DNA of 64,000 nucleotides, taken from the NCBI RefSeq assembly GCF_009914755.1, contig NC_060925.1; one strand, given 5' to 3'. Source of the DNA: the human T2T-CHM13v2.0 reference genome, Homo sapiens. The notes under the pieces are model-generated. The model was not told where the DNA came from. It was given only the letters and a program-made list of their open reading frames with translations, and did no database searches. The position numbers and the translations under genes are program-made. Shown here piece by piece: positions 1-20,400 of this stretch. How positions within the stretch are numbered: position 1 is the first letter of the stretch; each line of letters starts with the position of its first letter.

Positions 1-492
1 ATGTATTATGAACGTTTCCTCTCAACATTCAAGTTTCATATAACACAATATCAATTGCTGCATAATGTATCATCAAATCAGTATGCTATAACGTATTTAA
101 CCTGTCCTCTATTTCTTTAAAGTTGTTTCCAGATTTTCTTGTTATAAACAAAGTTGCAAGGAACATCCTCGTGTTTACATTTCTCATGGTTTCTCTGATT
201 ACTTCATGCTAAATCTTAGAATTTGAACTATGTGGTCAACGCACTAAAATTAAAAATGCACTAAAACTGAAAACACCTAGGATAATACCTAGAAAAAATA
301 GTGCACCATAAATATTTGTTCAATGAATAAATAAAACAAAGTTATAGTTCCAATAGCTTATAAGATAAAGTTTATCTTCTACTTCATGTAATACTTAAAA
401 AATTCTTAGTCATTTTGAGTTCTGCTTATGTAAATGAACTGTATCATTGCTCTTCTCTGAGAATTTTGACTGACTTTGAAAATCTCCCTGGA

Positions 493-828
<336 letters not shown>

Positions 829-914
829 TCAAATGGATGTCAAGTCCCTTTGGGATTCTACCAAATACTGGTTTGAAAGGAAGCTTCAAAATTATATAAG
901 ACGTTCTAGATTCA

Positions 915-1232
<318 letters not shown>

Positions 1233-1512
1233 GAATATCCAGAGTAATCTTCAGTGGATTCACAAAACAACCAAATTTGTGGGAACAGATGTGTATTTTT
1301 CCCAAACTCTGAGGAACATCCAATAAGTAATGCTATAATGTTTGAAAGGGTCTAGTAACTTACTTTGAACTAGATTTTTACTAGGGTTTTCTTTGGTTAC
1401 CCCAACATACCTATGCTTTTTTTGAATCAGCATGTAGTCTGCACCTTACATTTTTAAATGGGTATAAATATATCTGTATTGTGTACTATATGTTTTCATC
1501 TTGTATTTCTAG

Positions 1513-1582
1513 GAGATTGTAAAATCAGGAAGTATATCTAAGTCACCTCCAGTAGCCGTAACTCTACCTTGTCCAGTAAAAG
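1513..1582 (+). other. Candidate 70-nt internal exon of an unidentified host transcript
   Basis: Polypyrimidine acceptor tgttttcatcttgtatttctAG|G and consensus donor AAG|GTAAGT in non-repeat sequence. One frame is open throughout (EIVKSGSISKSPPVAVTLPCPVK). Confidence 0.55.
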
Positions 1583-2209
1583 GTAAGTATGTGAAATAGT
1601 ATAATTTAGAAGTAATTATTGGAGCTATGAATTAAAGTTGATTTTTAGAATAAACATTATGTATGCTATTTTTAAAATGTTTTGCAAGCTAAAAAAAATT
1701 GGTTAAGGTAAGTAGAAAAGTAGTAACTAGAATAAACGATATTGCTTAGAATAGAAGATGGAAGTTAGCCTGAACACAAATGAGTACATAACTACTTATT
1801 GTGACTATAAAAAGAGTTGAAAGTGTTTGTAGCACGTTTTATCTAAAAAAAAAAAAAATACCAAGACTTTCTAAGTGAAGAATCATTACACAGCCTCAAC
1901 AAATGTCAGCGTTCAAAATGTGGTGAAAACATTGGAACACAGATGATTAGAAAAACTGGTCTACAGGAAAAAAAATTGCCAAAGGGCATGGTATGTTTCA
2001 AATATCCCAGGGAGACTGGGTTTTGAAAAATATTTTATATAGAAATAAACCACAAGTAACCTAGAAATGTCTGCTTTGTTTTGGTCTGGGGTTAGGAGTT
2101 TTATTCTCATATTCAGTTAACAGTTGAAAAATAAGACTTGCTCCCCAAGAATACATGAATATTTCATGTATATATGCACAAGTGCCTTCTGAGAAAAAGA
2201 CACCCATGT

Positions 2210-2647
2210 GTAAGTTATATGCCACCACTATAATGCTGCTCAACAATCAGAAAACTTTGGTGTTAAGTAATTTAGCATGCATTTCTCAAGATTATAGAGT
2301 AGCTGCTCTTGCCTGGAGTCAGCAGATTCAACTTGTTTCTTCAACAGAAGTTGTCATCCTCTTCTGGAAGCAGAGGGTTAGCAGGGCAGTGCCTTCTCAT
2401 GGTGATGGCAGAATTCCAAGTAAAAATGCAGAAACATGCAGAAACAATGTCTCTTGAAACCTAAGATCAGAATTGACAAGCCATATTTCTATTATATTCA
2501 ATTGACCAAGCAATTTACATGATTGAGTTTGGATTTTAAAAGTGGATAAATAGACCCTGCCTCTTTAATAGATTAACTACAAAATCCATTGGCAGAGAAT
2601 GCAGTTTCCAGAGGGGAAAAATGGAGTTATTAATGCAATCTACCACA
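2210..2647 (-). mobile_element. Old MaLR solo LTR (MLT1H/I/J-like)
   Basis: Diverged MLT1-type text (ccttctcatggtgatggcagaa; ends ...aatgcaatctaccaca). Confidence 0.6.
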
Positions 2648-4431
2648 GCCCATAGTCCTTAAACTTCAGGTGTGCAGGTTCACAACCACTGGCCTAGTGT
2701 ATCAGGCATCTATATACCAAAAACCTAAGATATATATGAGAATTAATGATATGATCTTAGAATATGTAATTAATTGGGTAGCAGATATATATAGAATTAC
2801 AATATGATGGTGGCAATACATTCTGTTTTTAAAGTTTTCTTAAATTCTCCTTTTTGAGGTGATGCATTACAAAAGTTGACCCTTTAAAAGAAAATTTGCT
2901 TGATTTAACATATGAAGATGCTCCTTTTTCTCTCTGAAGCAAGAGAAACAATTGTCTCTCCCTTCTGCTCTTTAATCTGTCATCTGCACATTTTTACTGC
3001 GAATTAAGAATAAACGTTTTAAAAATATCAACTTGACTTTATCATTCCTTTTAACTATAAAGATTATTTAAATAAGCATTTTAAAGAATTATAATTGTCA
3101 TTACCAAAAAAAATAAAGGAAACATCATTAGCTAAAAATAGAAAAATAAGTGACGCAGCATAAAGAATGCAGATAGTTCTATGACCAGTGACTATCTGGT
3201 CAATGGGCAAACAGCAAGCACTTAATTACTTCAGTTTCAATCTTTTGTTCTCTACTTACTGGAAATTCATATTCATTTTTTTCTTATTGGATGACCAAAC
3301 TGAATGACGACCAAACTAGTAATCTGTCTTTCTAGGCTTGTTTAGCCTCTAGCATGAATGTATTCTCAGTTGATGGGTTGGGTGTTTTGTATTTTTGTCA
3401 TTTTGTGGTTTACTACTTAGGGTGGTCATTGTCAGTAATTATAATTTCCACTTCAATTATCTTATGTAAAGACATGCCAATCTCTGCTCTAAAATATCCT
3501 ACAACTCATGGAGGCCAGGAAACATAGTTGAAACTTTTTAACCTGATATGTGAGGTCATTTGCCAACAGCTCCCTAACTAATATTCCCAGTATCCTCCTA
3601 CTGATCTCTTTTCTACACCTACCTCTCTGCAATCATACAAAAATCTCTCAAGGTAATCCAGTCATAAACTCAATTTCATGGCTTTAGTCCTTATTTCTAG
3701 AAATCTCATTTCTACCCTTTTCTGTTGATCTCTCAAAGTTAGCTGATCATTCAATACCCTAACTTCAGCCTCCCCAACTTTCACAGAGTTTGAATTTCTT
3801 CTCAGGACAGTCATTAGCACATTGTAAATGTTTTCATTACATTATACTGTTATATAATGGCACACATTGTTTATATTTTTCTTCTTTCAACTACTAACTA
3901 TGTGATGGTACTCACACATTGTCAATATTCAGCTTTTCCAGTTAATAACTAAATAGTGCTTAAGAAGACAACTAGATTACGAGTGAGTTATCAATGGGAA
4001 TTGTATACATTAAACAACAAATGACAGTGTAGAGAAAAAAATTATGTCTCATGGAAAACTATATATTGCCTATAGCACTTTGTTCTGAGTTATCTGATTA
4101 TTGTCATATTTATTTTATACCTTATAGAAATCATGATTTTAACTTTCTTTAAAAATTACTCTTCAGCAGCAGAATTATTTAATAGTTCAATTTTTGATAT
4201 TGAGTCTATGATTACTATCCTTAAACAACAATTATTGCATTTAAATACTGCAGGATTCAACATTAAGAGTGTCAACCCGAGCATAATTTATTTAATGGAG
4301 AACAGTATTTTCAAAAAGTATTTATAAAGAGTTACTGCTGTAAACATACAAAAGGAACTCTGCTTTATGAGAATATTTTTAATCTAGGGCAGTATAAAGT
4401 ATCTCTGTTTGTTAGAAAAATATTCTTCATG

Positions 4432-6805
<2,374 letters not shown>

Positions 6806-7255
6806 AGAAAAATATTCTTCATGTCTTTTTTGTCAAATCTGATTTTTAGTTCTTTACCTACAGTATCTGAAATAATCTGAAGCCTGGTGTTTCAAAATTA
6901 TTATCATAGATAGAATAAGAAGAAAATATAAATTACCAAATATCTGCTGTCTTGGTGTCTTCTATGGTCTGAGTTTCTCTACCTAAATGTCAGGCACTAA
7001 ATATTTCTTGAGTATTCTTTTTTTGGTCTATATTATGTAATTTCATTTATTGTGTCAGTTTTCTGAGTTTTTTCCCTTGGATGTTTATGAAAATTTATTT
7101 TATATTTACAAAATGGTCTAGGCACACTTCTATTATTATAATTATTTCCTGGTCTTTTAGAATTATGTGGAGTTTAAATTTAAACCTGTGTCTCTACCAA
7201 CTACTAATTAAAGCTAAATTATGTTTCTCCAAGACAGAATTAGAAAATTTTTCCT

Positions 7256-7543
7256 AGCCAGGCACAGTGGCTCACACCTGTAATTCCAGCACTTTGGGAG
7301 GCTGAGGCAGGATCACTTGATGCCAGGAGTTGGACACCACCCTGGGCAACATAGTGAGACCTGATCTCTACCTAAATAAATAAATTAGCTGGTCATGATG
7401 GCACACCTGTACTCCCAACTACCTGGGAAGCTGAGGCAGGAATATCACTTGAACCCAGGAGTTCCAGGTTGCAGTGAACTGTGATCGTGCCATGCACTTC
7501 ACTGGGTGCCAGAGCAAGACCCTGTCTCAAAAAAAAAAAAAAA
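7256..7543 (+). mobile_element. AluJ SINE
   Basis: J-type motifs (GGATCACTTGA, CCTGGGCAACATAGTGAGACC, GCAAGACCCTGTCTC) and an A-tail. Confidence 0.88.
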
Positions 7544-7689
7544 ATCTGACAGTGAACAAATAATAAGCTAGAGAAATATGTGAAAACTTGATACAATTTC
7601 TGGAACAGAATTTTGATGAAAAGGCTTTGCAACATTTTAATTTGAAAGGTATCGTAATGTTTGCAAAAACTCTACAGCTAGCATCATCA

Positions 7690-8590
7690 TATTAAGAGCA
7701 AAGAATTCCTCTCTCCCCATTGCTATTCAACATTCTACTGAAAGTCATAGCTGGTATAATAAGACAAGAAAATAAAACTAAAGATATATTGGTTGGAGAA
7801 GAAAAAATGTAACTGTCTTCATTTATAGCTGACATGATGGTCCATGTAGAAAATCTCAAAGAATCCACAACAACAAAATCCTAAAATTTGTAAACTAGTC
7901 AGGCAAGGTCAGAGGATTAATTACCAAGAGTCGTTTTTTTGGTGTATCAGCAATGAGCAATTGGAATTAAAAATTTAAAAAATAATACCAAATAAAATAA
8001 CACCAACAAAGAAAAACACTTAGGTATAACTCCTTAATAATGTGTACAGAAGCTACATGCAATAAAATACAAAACTTTGATCAGGTACTCAAGGCTAATA
8101 TCAACAGTAGTAAGTCATGTGAATAGTATGTACCCTTGATACAGTGTGATGAGAATAATGGGACTGGAAATGCACTTTAGTTCTATAGTCTTCCTCCCCA
8201 AACCCAGTCTAATCTTGAGAAAAATCTAAAATGAAGATCAGTCTATAAAATAGCAATGCTGCTCAAAACTATCAAGGTCTTCTAAAATGAGAAAAGTCTG
8301 AGAAATTGTCACAGCCAAGAGGTGCCTAATAAGGCATGACATCTAAATATAATGTGGTATCCTGGAGGGAATCCTAGAAAAAGAAAGAAGACAAGTAGAA
8401 TTAAAATCACAATAAAGTATGAAGTTTAGTTTATGATAATATATTAATATCAGCTCATTAATTATGGCAAATGTCCTATACTAATCTAAGAAGTTAATAA
8501 TAGGGGAAATTGAGTGTAGGGTGTGTGGAAACTGTACTGTGTTTGCAGTGTTTTTGTAAATAGAATACTATTCTAAAATCAACATTTTTT
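7690..8590 (+). mobile_element. Old L1M (L1MC/MD-like) ORF2 and 3'UTR fragments
   Basis: Diverged ORF2-like text (ctattcaacattctactgaaagt) followed by an L1MD/MC-type 3' end (aatgtggtatcctgga...actattctaaaat). Confidence 0.6.
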
Positions 8591-11500
8591 AAAAAAATAT
8601 TCTGATTCTAAAATCTTATAATCACACACAAAATATGTGAATTTTTTAGCTCAAAACCACCCCAAGATCAGTGTCATAAGAGTATCTTTAACATTGGGGG
8701 TAGCCTAACATTTTAAATCTTCACTGTAACTTGCTCATGAGTGTCCTTTATTTCCCTCTCTCAAGCACTACTAAAGGATTATTTGAAAATTTTTCAAAAG
8801 TTTCTATCATATCCTAATAATTTTACATGCCAATAGCTTCTGTATTATATTCTTTTAAAATATTTTGTTAAAATATGGCATAATAATTTATAGCTTTGGC
8901 CTGTAGAGATGAAAGCTCAAATTTTTTCAATTATCTATTATGGAATCAGTTTTGACAACACGTTTACACAGCAAACAGTGGGTCAAAATACTTATGACTT
9001 TTCAGAATGGTATAAGCCAAGATATAATTTAATCCATATGTTTTCCACAAATGGTTCATCAATTATTGATTAGGCTTAATGAGTATGCTAATAAGCAGAA
9101 CTCAAGTGGCTTCTTTAGCCCTTCTGTGCTTTCCAGGTCCTCATAAATTTTTGAAATGGTGACTGCTGGAAATAGATCATGGATTGGTGCCAAGAAGCCA
9201 TCATGCAGACCACATATGGTGTTCAAGGGCTGATGTTTGTCCTTTCAGGATAGTATCAAAAATGTACTTTGTGTGACATTTGTTCTAAAACATAAATTAA
9301 TTTGTAAAGTTTCCCCTTGTGTGCTTGCTATACATAATGTTTTTTCACAGGAGATATTAAAATACAGACCTTACTCATTTTGAAGATTAAATTGTAAAGG
9401 ATCATTTTGGAGTCATACCGCCTTTAGAGGTAGTCATGGAGACCTAGATTTCAAACTGAAACTTCTGTTGATTGGTTTCATTGTAAGAAGTTTTACTGTT
9501 ATCTAAGCCCTGAAAATGATTTCTGGAACCTGACTCATTTATCTCCACTCTCTAAATGACACTAGGTTGAGTAATCTAACTTTTTAAACAAGTTAATACA
9601 TTCTGATTATTATTTAATCAAAAAGGAACAGTTAAAGTGTAATTGCTTTCTTCGACTAGCAAAGAGAAACACAAAATATGTTTAGAGCATAATTAAAGTA
9701 TGATTCTGAGTGAGACAATGAGCTACAAACTGTTGTATTTGCATATAACACACCCTGGATAACATAATCTTAAAATAATATGAATATAAAGCCATTAAAA
9801 TAGTTTATTGAAAAAATTACTTGAACTTTGCTTCAGATATTTAAAATTGACATCCTAGTAAACTAAATTTTCTATGAATGGATATTATAATAATTTGTTA
9901 AAATAATTATAAATATATTGAAAATTTTTTATTCAACATTATAGATGCTCTTGTATTAATAAAGAACACTTCCTATTGTAACTTCAAATATTTCTCAGGA
10001 CTTTGTTGCTCAAAAATATCTAGAAAACTAAATAAGAGGTAGCGACGCCTAACCACAATGATATTTGCTCATCAGAATATAACATTTTTCATTTTAGGTA
10101 TTCAGAAAAGGTACCATTTCATAAATATCACTGCTAAATATACCCCTAACAGCCTACATAAAGAATGAAACACAATAAAATATGATGCTAGTGAGTGCTG
10201 AAATAAACATGATTGTTCTGTTTGCTGCTTCACTTTTTAAAATGACTGTGACCTTAAATATTTCTGCGTTCTTACGCATCAAAATGCTAATTTCTTTTAC
10301 ATATCTTTAATTTAGGTAACATATTTTATGCTTTCACACCGAACTTTAGTAAAATGATATCAAATTTTTTAACTTCTTTCCTAAAGTTCAGACTGTCATT
10401 CTTGATATTAGTATCATGTCACAAGCTGTGATAAAAGAGTGAACCATAAGAAACGAATTGAAGAATAGAAATACTTTAACTGTAATTATCCAAGAGCAAT
10501 AGTTTAGAATGATGAATAAAAAGTTGATCAATTACTCAGGTATTTTCTAATAAAGGGATGAATAATGATTTATACAAACCACTAAAACAGAGCGTTTATC
10601 CAGATACTTTTTCTCTTTGTCAGTGTAGTTTAATACTAGTCTTCACCAATATATACTGATGTATATTTTTTACTATCTTCTTTTGTTGAATAAACTGATG
10701 ATGAAACCAATATTTTAACCCTCTTCAAAAAAGTGAAGCCACCAGAAAGATATCATTTTTCCTAGAATTATGTTCAATGTAGTTATTTAGTATCAACAGA
10801 TAGAAATCCTAAAGAAAGAAATTTCACAATAAAATCATCACATAATTAAAATTGTGATTGAAAGCTAGCATGCTCTTTAGCTTCAAATGCTGTTTGTGAT
10901 GTTATAGCATTCTTCCCTGGTCAATTTATTTCTGTAAGTTATCAACTTTAAAGATATTTTACTTTCAAAAACATTAATTCTTTCACCCTCAGAAAAACCA
11001 AACTTTACTAGAAACCCATAAATAATCATAGAAATAAATAACAGAATCCTAATTTACATTTAACCTTTGTTTTAAATGATTAATGGATGCTATTTATGTA
11101 AACTATTTCTACAATGCAGCATGAAATGAAATTTAAATTGCAGATTTTACAGTGGTGTATTTTAGCTAGTGACCCTATCTCCATGAAGAAAAATAAAAGA
11201 AAACCAATTACATTTGTAATAAAGATGCTAATGCATTTCTTGTTTTAAAGTTATTTAAGTTGTGATTGTTTAAGAAACTTATTTCTAATGAACTTGAAAG
11301 AGATGCTGTGGTGGAAATTTGTCTTTAAAGAGAAAAATGGTTTAGTTTTTGCCCCACTTTGAACTCCAACAAATGTCCCTCTCTGGGCCAGATACTGGGT
11401 CAGCAAGTGGTTTGGTGTGAATGAGGTCTGGGATGCCTATGCAACCAGACTGAGGGAGAGGTATGGAATTCCTATTTGGTTGGTCAGCAGGGAGGCTAGG

Positions 11501-11706
11501 CACTTGGTCAGACTGCCCAAATGTGTCAATCAGAACCCAGAGCATTATGGGAAATACTGAGTTCACTGATATCTGTAGACCTTTCAGTGGGAAGCTTGAC
11601 ATCAGTCCCTTTAAGTGCATCTGATTTCTCTGGTCTCCAAACATCCAAAAAGGAGCTAAGAAGGTGGGCTACCTGCCTTACTTCCAAATTAAAGAGTACA
11701 GGAAAA

Positions 11707-11725
11707 TGGCAGCCCTCTGCTGGTG
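11707..11725 (-). promoter_or_regulatory. Candidate CTCF core motif
   Basis: Minus strand CACCAGCAGAGGGCTGCCA matches CCASYAGRKGGCRS at 13 of 14 positions. Confidence 0.3.
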
Positions 11726-13556
11726 GTGTAATAGTAGACTGAAAGCCAGCTAAGTCAAACCACACATGTGGCAGAGAATGCTTCTCCTAACATCACTCAC
11801 AGATCTACTGAAACTCACAATGCATGCCTACACCTCAACTTCAAACAATAGACAGAGATTTAAAAGAACACCTGAAGGGAGACAGGAAGAGAAACAGAAT
11901 ATGAAGAGGATTCAACCAAACAGAGCCAATGAAGCAGACAGAGCAACTTAAATAATAAGAGCAATTTTTTAAAATGAGACAAAAAGGAAAGGATACTCAG
12001 TGCATAGTTGGTAGCTTAAGAAAACAAGAATTTCTTAAATCATAGAGCAAAAATGGAAAAGAATAGAAATCATGAGCATCTTAGGATAGATTAATCAATG
12101 CTATGAGGTACAGAAGGAGAAAAAGAAACAAATGGCAGAGAGGAAACAATGAATAAACAATAGAAGAACATTTATTTGAGTTGAAGAAAGACTAAATTGG
12201 ATGGATCTATTTTATACCAACCCAAGATGTCATTCACTTGTATAGATAAATGAAAGATGTGTGTGGATACGACAGGATTGAGATAAAATATCACCCACAA
12301 AGCCTATTTGAACAAAATACTGGAGCAAATACTCAAGCCAAATAATAAATCAACTAGAAAAAGACCATAGCGTGAGAGAAAATAAAATTGAGAAGAAATG
12401 CTTTTGAGCAAGTCACAATATGTGTGTGTATATAGGAAAATAGTAAAATGACAAAATAAATGGGATCAAAAAATTCACTTGTGTAAAATCAGAGTTTGTA
12501 TTATTGTGACAGCAATGAAAATAATATTTTAAGTCAATCTTTTGGTTTTGAAAGCAAAAGTGTGCAAGATGAAATAGATGAGATAAATACAAATGTACTA
12601 TGAAACATCAATGAGTCCCTTTTAAGATTTGGACGGAGCTAGTAGAGAAGATAAGCACAGTAAATTTAATATATAAAAGGACACATTCTGAAATCACAAT
12701 CTAAAAATGCACAGGAAAAAAATTGAAAAGTTGGTCAAGAATAAAATTTTATTTAGAAATTAGGAAATAATTCTTAGGCAACATCGCATCTAAAAAACTC
12801 CACTAAAATTGTATAATCTTTTGTTAAAGTGTGTTTTTAAAACCTGTGAGACACATGGCAGACTCTTCACAGAGGAATAAAGAGGCACTTAAAGCACATA
12901 ATGTCATTATTAAGAAGGAAAGTTCCTTAACGCTCATGTTAATAAATTTAAACTGAAGTTCATTTTAAGAAAAAGAACAACAAAATGTCCCCAAAAATGT
13001 AGGAAAGTAATGTATTAATTGTATATTAATAAATATACAAGCCGAAATGAAGTAAAAATCTAAGAATTAGCAGGAAGAATGCATGAATCCAGAACTGCTT
13101 CTTTCAAAATAGCAGCTTAATAGGAAAATAAAAATATACAAGATTAAGAATGATGAAGGATATATAGTCACAGATGTAAAAGAAATTAAACAAATACTAG
13201 CCACAATTCTGTGACACTTAAAGTTGATGGCCTTAAGGCCTTGGTGATAAAAAGCAAAAAGTTGCTAAGATTTCCCAAGAACAGGACCTTTATCACCTTC
13301 TCATTTGGAGTATTCTGAGTGTATCCTGGGAGACGCTATTGCAGTTCAGTCTGTAAAGGTAAATCTTTCAAAAGCTGGGATGGGAGGAAAATTCTTCAGA
13401 ATCTCCAGAATCATTACTGTCCAGTCATCTGACAGATAAGATTGCTGTCCTCATGATAGGCTATTTGCCAGAGTTCCTGATAAATACTAGCTGAATATAT
13501 TGACCCCCATTGAATTTCAAAATGATATGATTAAATGACAAGCATACGTCACATGG

Positions 13557-14095
13557 TGTATTAGTCTGTTCTCACATTGCTGTAAGAAACTACCGGAAAC
13601 TGGGTAATTTATAAAGAGAAGAGGTTTAATTGGCTCACAGTTCTACAGGCTGTAGAGGAAGTATTACTGGGGAGGCCTCAGGAAACTTATAATCCTGGTG
13701 GAAGGCTAAGGGGAAGGAGGGACGTCTTACGTGGCCTGAGCAAGAGGAAGAGACAGCAAAGGGGGATGTGCTACACACTTTTATAAACAACCAGATCTCG
13801 TGAGAACTCACCATTACAAGTGATTCGAGCAGAATCAGATCCCCAAATACTTCTATAAAAGCAAACTTTTAAAATGAATTTTATTTGCATATAAAGGGGA
13901 ATGAGGCAGCTGACTTCTCTTTGGCTCTTGGGCCTCTTTCTAAACATAACGTTTTCGAGTGTAAATGATTACAAGAACAGCATGGGGAAAATCCGCTTTC
14001 AAGATCCAATCCCCTCCCATTGGGCCTTTCTTCCAACAGTGGGGATGAAAACTCAACATGAGATTTGGGCGGGGACAAAGACCCAAACCGTATCA
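13557..14095 (-). mobile_element. MSTA-like MaLR solo LTR interrupted by a 147-bp insert
   Basis: Termini tgtattagtctgttctcac and ...caaaccgtatca; 5-bp TSD CATGG at 13552-13556 and 14096-14100. Confidence 0.88.
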
Positions 14096-14128
14096 CATGG
14101 TAACAGCATAAGTTATACTTTAAGGTTT

Positions 14129-14130
<2 letters not shown>

Positions 14131-14168
<38 letters not shown>
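14131..14168. repeat. (CA)n microsatellite
   Basis: Uninterrupted CA run. Confidence 0.95.
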
Positions 14169-14172
<4 letters not shown>

Positions 14173-16509
14173 ACAATATATGTGTACATATATATTTGTA
14201 TAATTCAGATTCAGACTATATAATCATATATCTCTATACACACACACAGACACACATAATATATATAAATTATATATGCATATCCTCAGTCTCAATTTTA
14301 AAAATCAGAGTGCCACTGGGAGAATAACACAAGCAAAAAGTTGTTTAGAAGACTTACCATTTTTGGAAAGTTATAAGTTATATATTAACATTAGTAAACT
14401 ACTATTAAATATTCTAAATCTTTTTATCTTAAAATTGCATTTACAGTATAAAATTAAAACACACATTCCTGTCATAAGCATATTGTTTGGCACACTTACA
14501 TCCAACTAATAGTTTACCAAAGCATGTTATTGAAATATCAGATTAGGTCAACTTCAATCTTTCTGGCACCTAATACATTTTTCCCAGTCCTTAGCAGGCT
14601 ATCTGGTATAGAATAAGCATTAAATAACTCCTGACTGCATAGCATTTTCCATGACCCATTAAGTAAATCAGATTATGGGCCCTCTTGCATTACCTGAAGA
14701 GATTTCTATTGTATCAACAAATCACAAGTAATTAAAGTTGTCGTATTCATTTCCATTAACTCCAGTAATAAAAGGGTGTGTGATAAAAAAAAGTAAGGAC
14801 TCTCATTGAACGTGTAGTAACAAAGGACTACTACACAGAAGCATATTATTGAGTGAATTTACAGAGCAATTTGGTTAACAGACTATCCAATTTTTAAAAA
14901 TCTTGATATGAGTCTTACTGATGCTATTTTAAACTGAATTTTTCTAGAAGTGGTGTTCAAAAATTGCAGCCAGTTGTACAGTCAAACTAATAATAAGAAA
15001 GTTGAATTACTCTTCTTCTTTTACTTCAGGGATGCTAGGACTTGGAAACCCTTCTATCCACTTACTTGACTATCTCTACGTTTAAAGGAAATTTTGCTCA
15101 ATGACATGGATTGATTTTTTAAAATGTCAGAAAGCCTTGCTACATATGTTCTATTTATACATTACTTTTATTGGGTTTACCGAATTGTTTACGAGTTTGA
15201 AAGTGTGTTTGGACATAGTGTTTAAACAGCCAGAGATGTTTTGGTTAGTTGCGGTCTGATGGTAGGGCAGATGTGTATGGATTTTAGCAGACATTTAAAA
15301 ATCTCATCTTGACTTTGAGAAGAAGCTCTTCCCGACCCTAGAAAATAACTTTATATGTGATAAACTTCACAAAAAACCTAGTGACAAAAGGCTTTTTCCA
15401 GTATGAGACAGAGTAAAAGAATAGAGCCCTAAAATTGTGGCCCCCTGGCCAGCAAAGCCAGGACCCTGATTTTATAGAAAGAAACTGGTTGTAAGCTTTA
15501 ACAAATCATCAAGCTGCAGACAGATCAACATTATGAATTTTCTAAGCAAATGTATTCAGAATTTGACGAAACAAGTCAAACTAACTTGACTAGTTCCTCA
15601 AGTTACGATTGAATTATATTTAATGTAACAAGAGTCTTTAGTTGAGAAATTTACTGTACCATAAATAAGGAAGTAATTCCTAGATATTATAATTAATATA
15701 ATATCTAAGAATATCTAAGTTAGTAAATATAATATCTAAGATATATCACAAATTTCTACAAAAGGTGTTCTTTTATATTAGTAAACATGACAATAAAATT
15801 AGCTATGCAAGTACCTACCAGATTATGTATTCTTTCTATTCCTGTCCCAATGTTTATGTATTGTCACTTGTTGTCCTAGCTTATTTTAAACCCTTCGGTT
15901 TCTATTAATTCATTCTTACGTCTCCTTTACCAAGTCTGAAAACCTATTCTAACTTTCTGCCTACACACAAACATACTTCTCTCCTTATTGGTGAAATGCA
16001 ACACTTATTCATACTTGTTTTTCCAAAATAATCCTGTTGTATAAATTTCAAGGATAATAATAATAATGATATACAAACTAGTAAAATTATTATAATCAAG
16101 TATATTTTGTTTTATTTCAATTCCCATACTAGCCCCAAATTTGAGAAACAGGGCATCATTTTATCTTCATGAGTTTAAGACTTTTTGAAGTTAGTAAATT
16201 TGTAAGGTTATATTTAGAATGATAGTAAGTATCCATTGATTAAACTTCTTTTTTTTTATTTTTTTTTTATTTTTTATGTTTTTAATTAGAATTTTTTTTT
16301 TTTTATTATACTCTAAGTTTTAGGGTACATGTGCACATTGTGCAGGTTAGTTACATACGTATACATGTGCCATGCTGGTGCGCTGCACCCACTAATGTGT
16401 CATCTAGCATTAGGTATATCTCCCAATGCTATCCCTCCCCCCTCCCCCGACCCCACCACAGTCCCCAGAGTGTGATATTCCCCTTCCTGTGTCCATGTGA
16501 TCTCATTGT

Positions 16510-20361
<3,852 letters not shown>

Positions 20362-20400
20362 TCATTAGTTGATGCAGTTTCTTCCTAGTCTCGATGGTCT

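Noticed and set aside
13821-13967. The insert as a hAT MITE (8-bp TSD) or a C/D-box snoRNA retrocopy
   Set aside because: No terminal inverted repeats and no properly placed box C (RTGATGA) and box D pair; kept only as an unexplained insert.
15030-15340. Possible exon: + strand acceptor tcttcttcttttacttcAG|G at 15029, or a minus-strand exon at about 15067-15337
   Set aside because: No convincing partner donor on the + strand and only a moderate acceptor on the - strand; not supportable without transcript data.
15695-15745. Short repeated AATATCTAAG units (other small tandem duplications at about 241-272, 3290-3318 and 36379-36430)
   Set aside because: Ordinary slippage-type duplications; no regular repeat-spacer structure, so not CRISPR-like.
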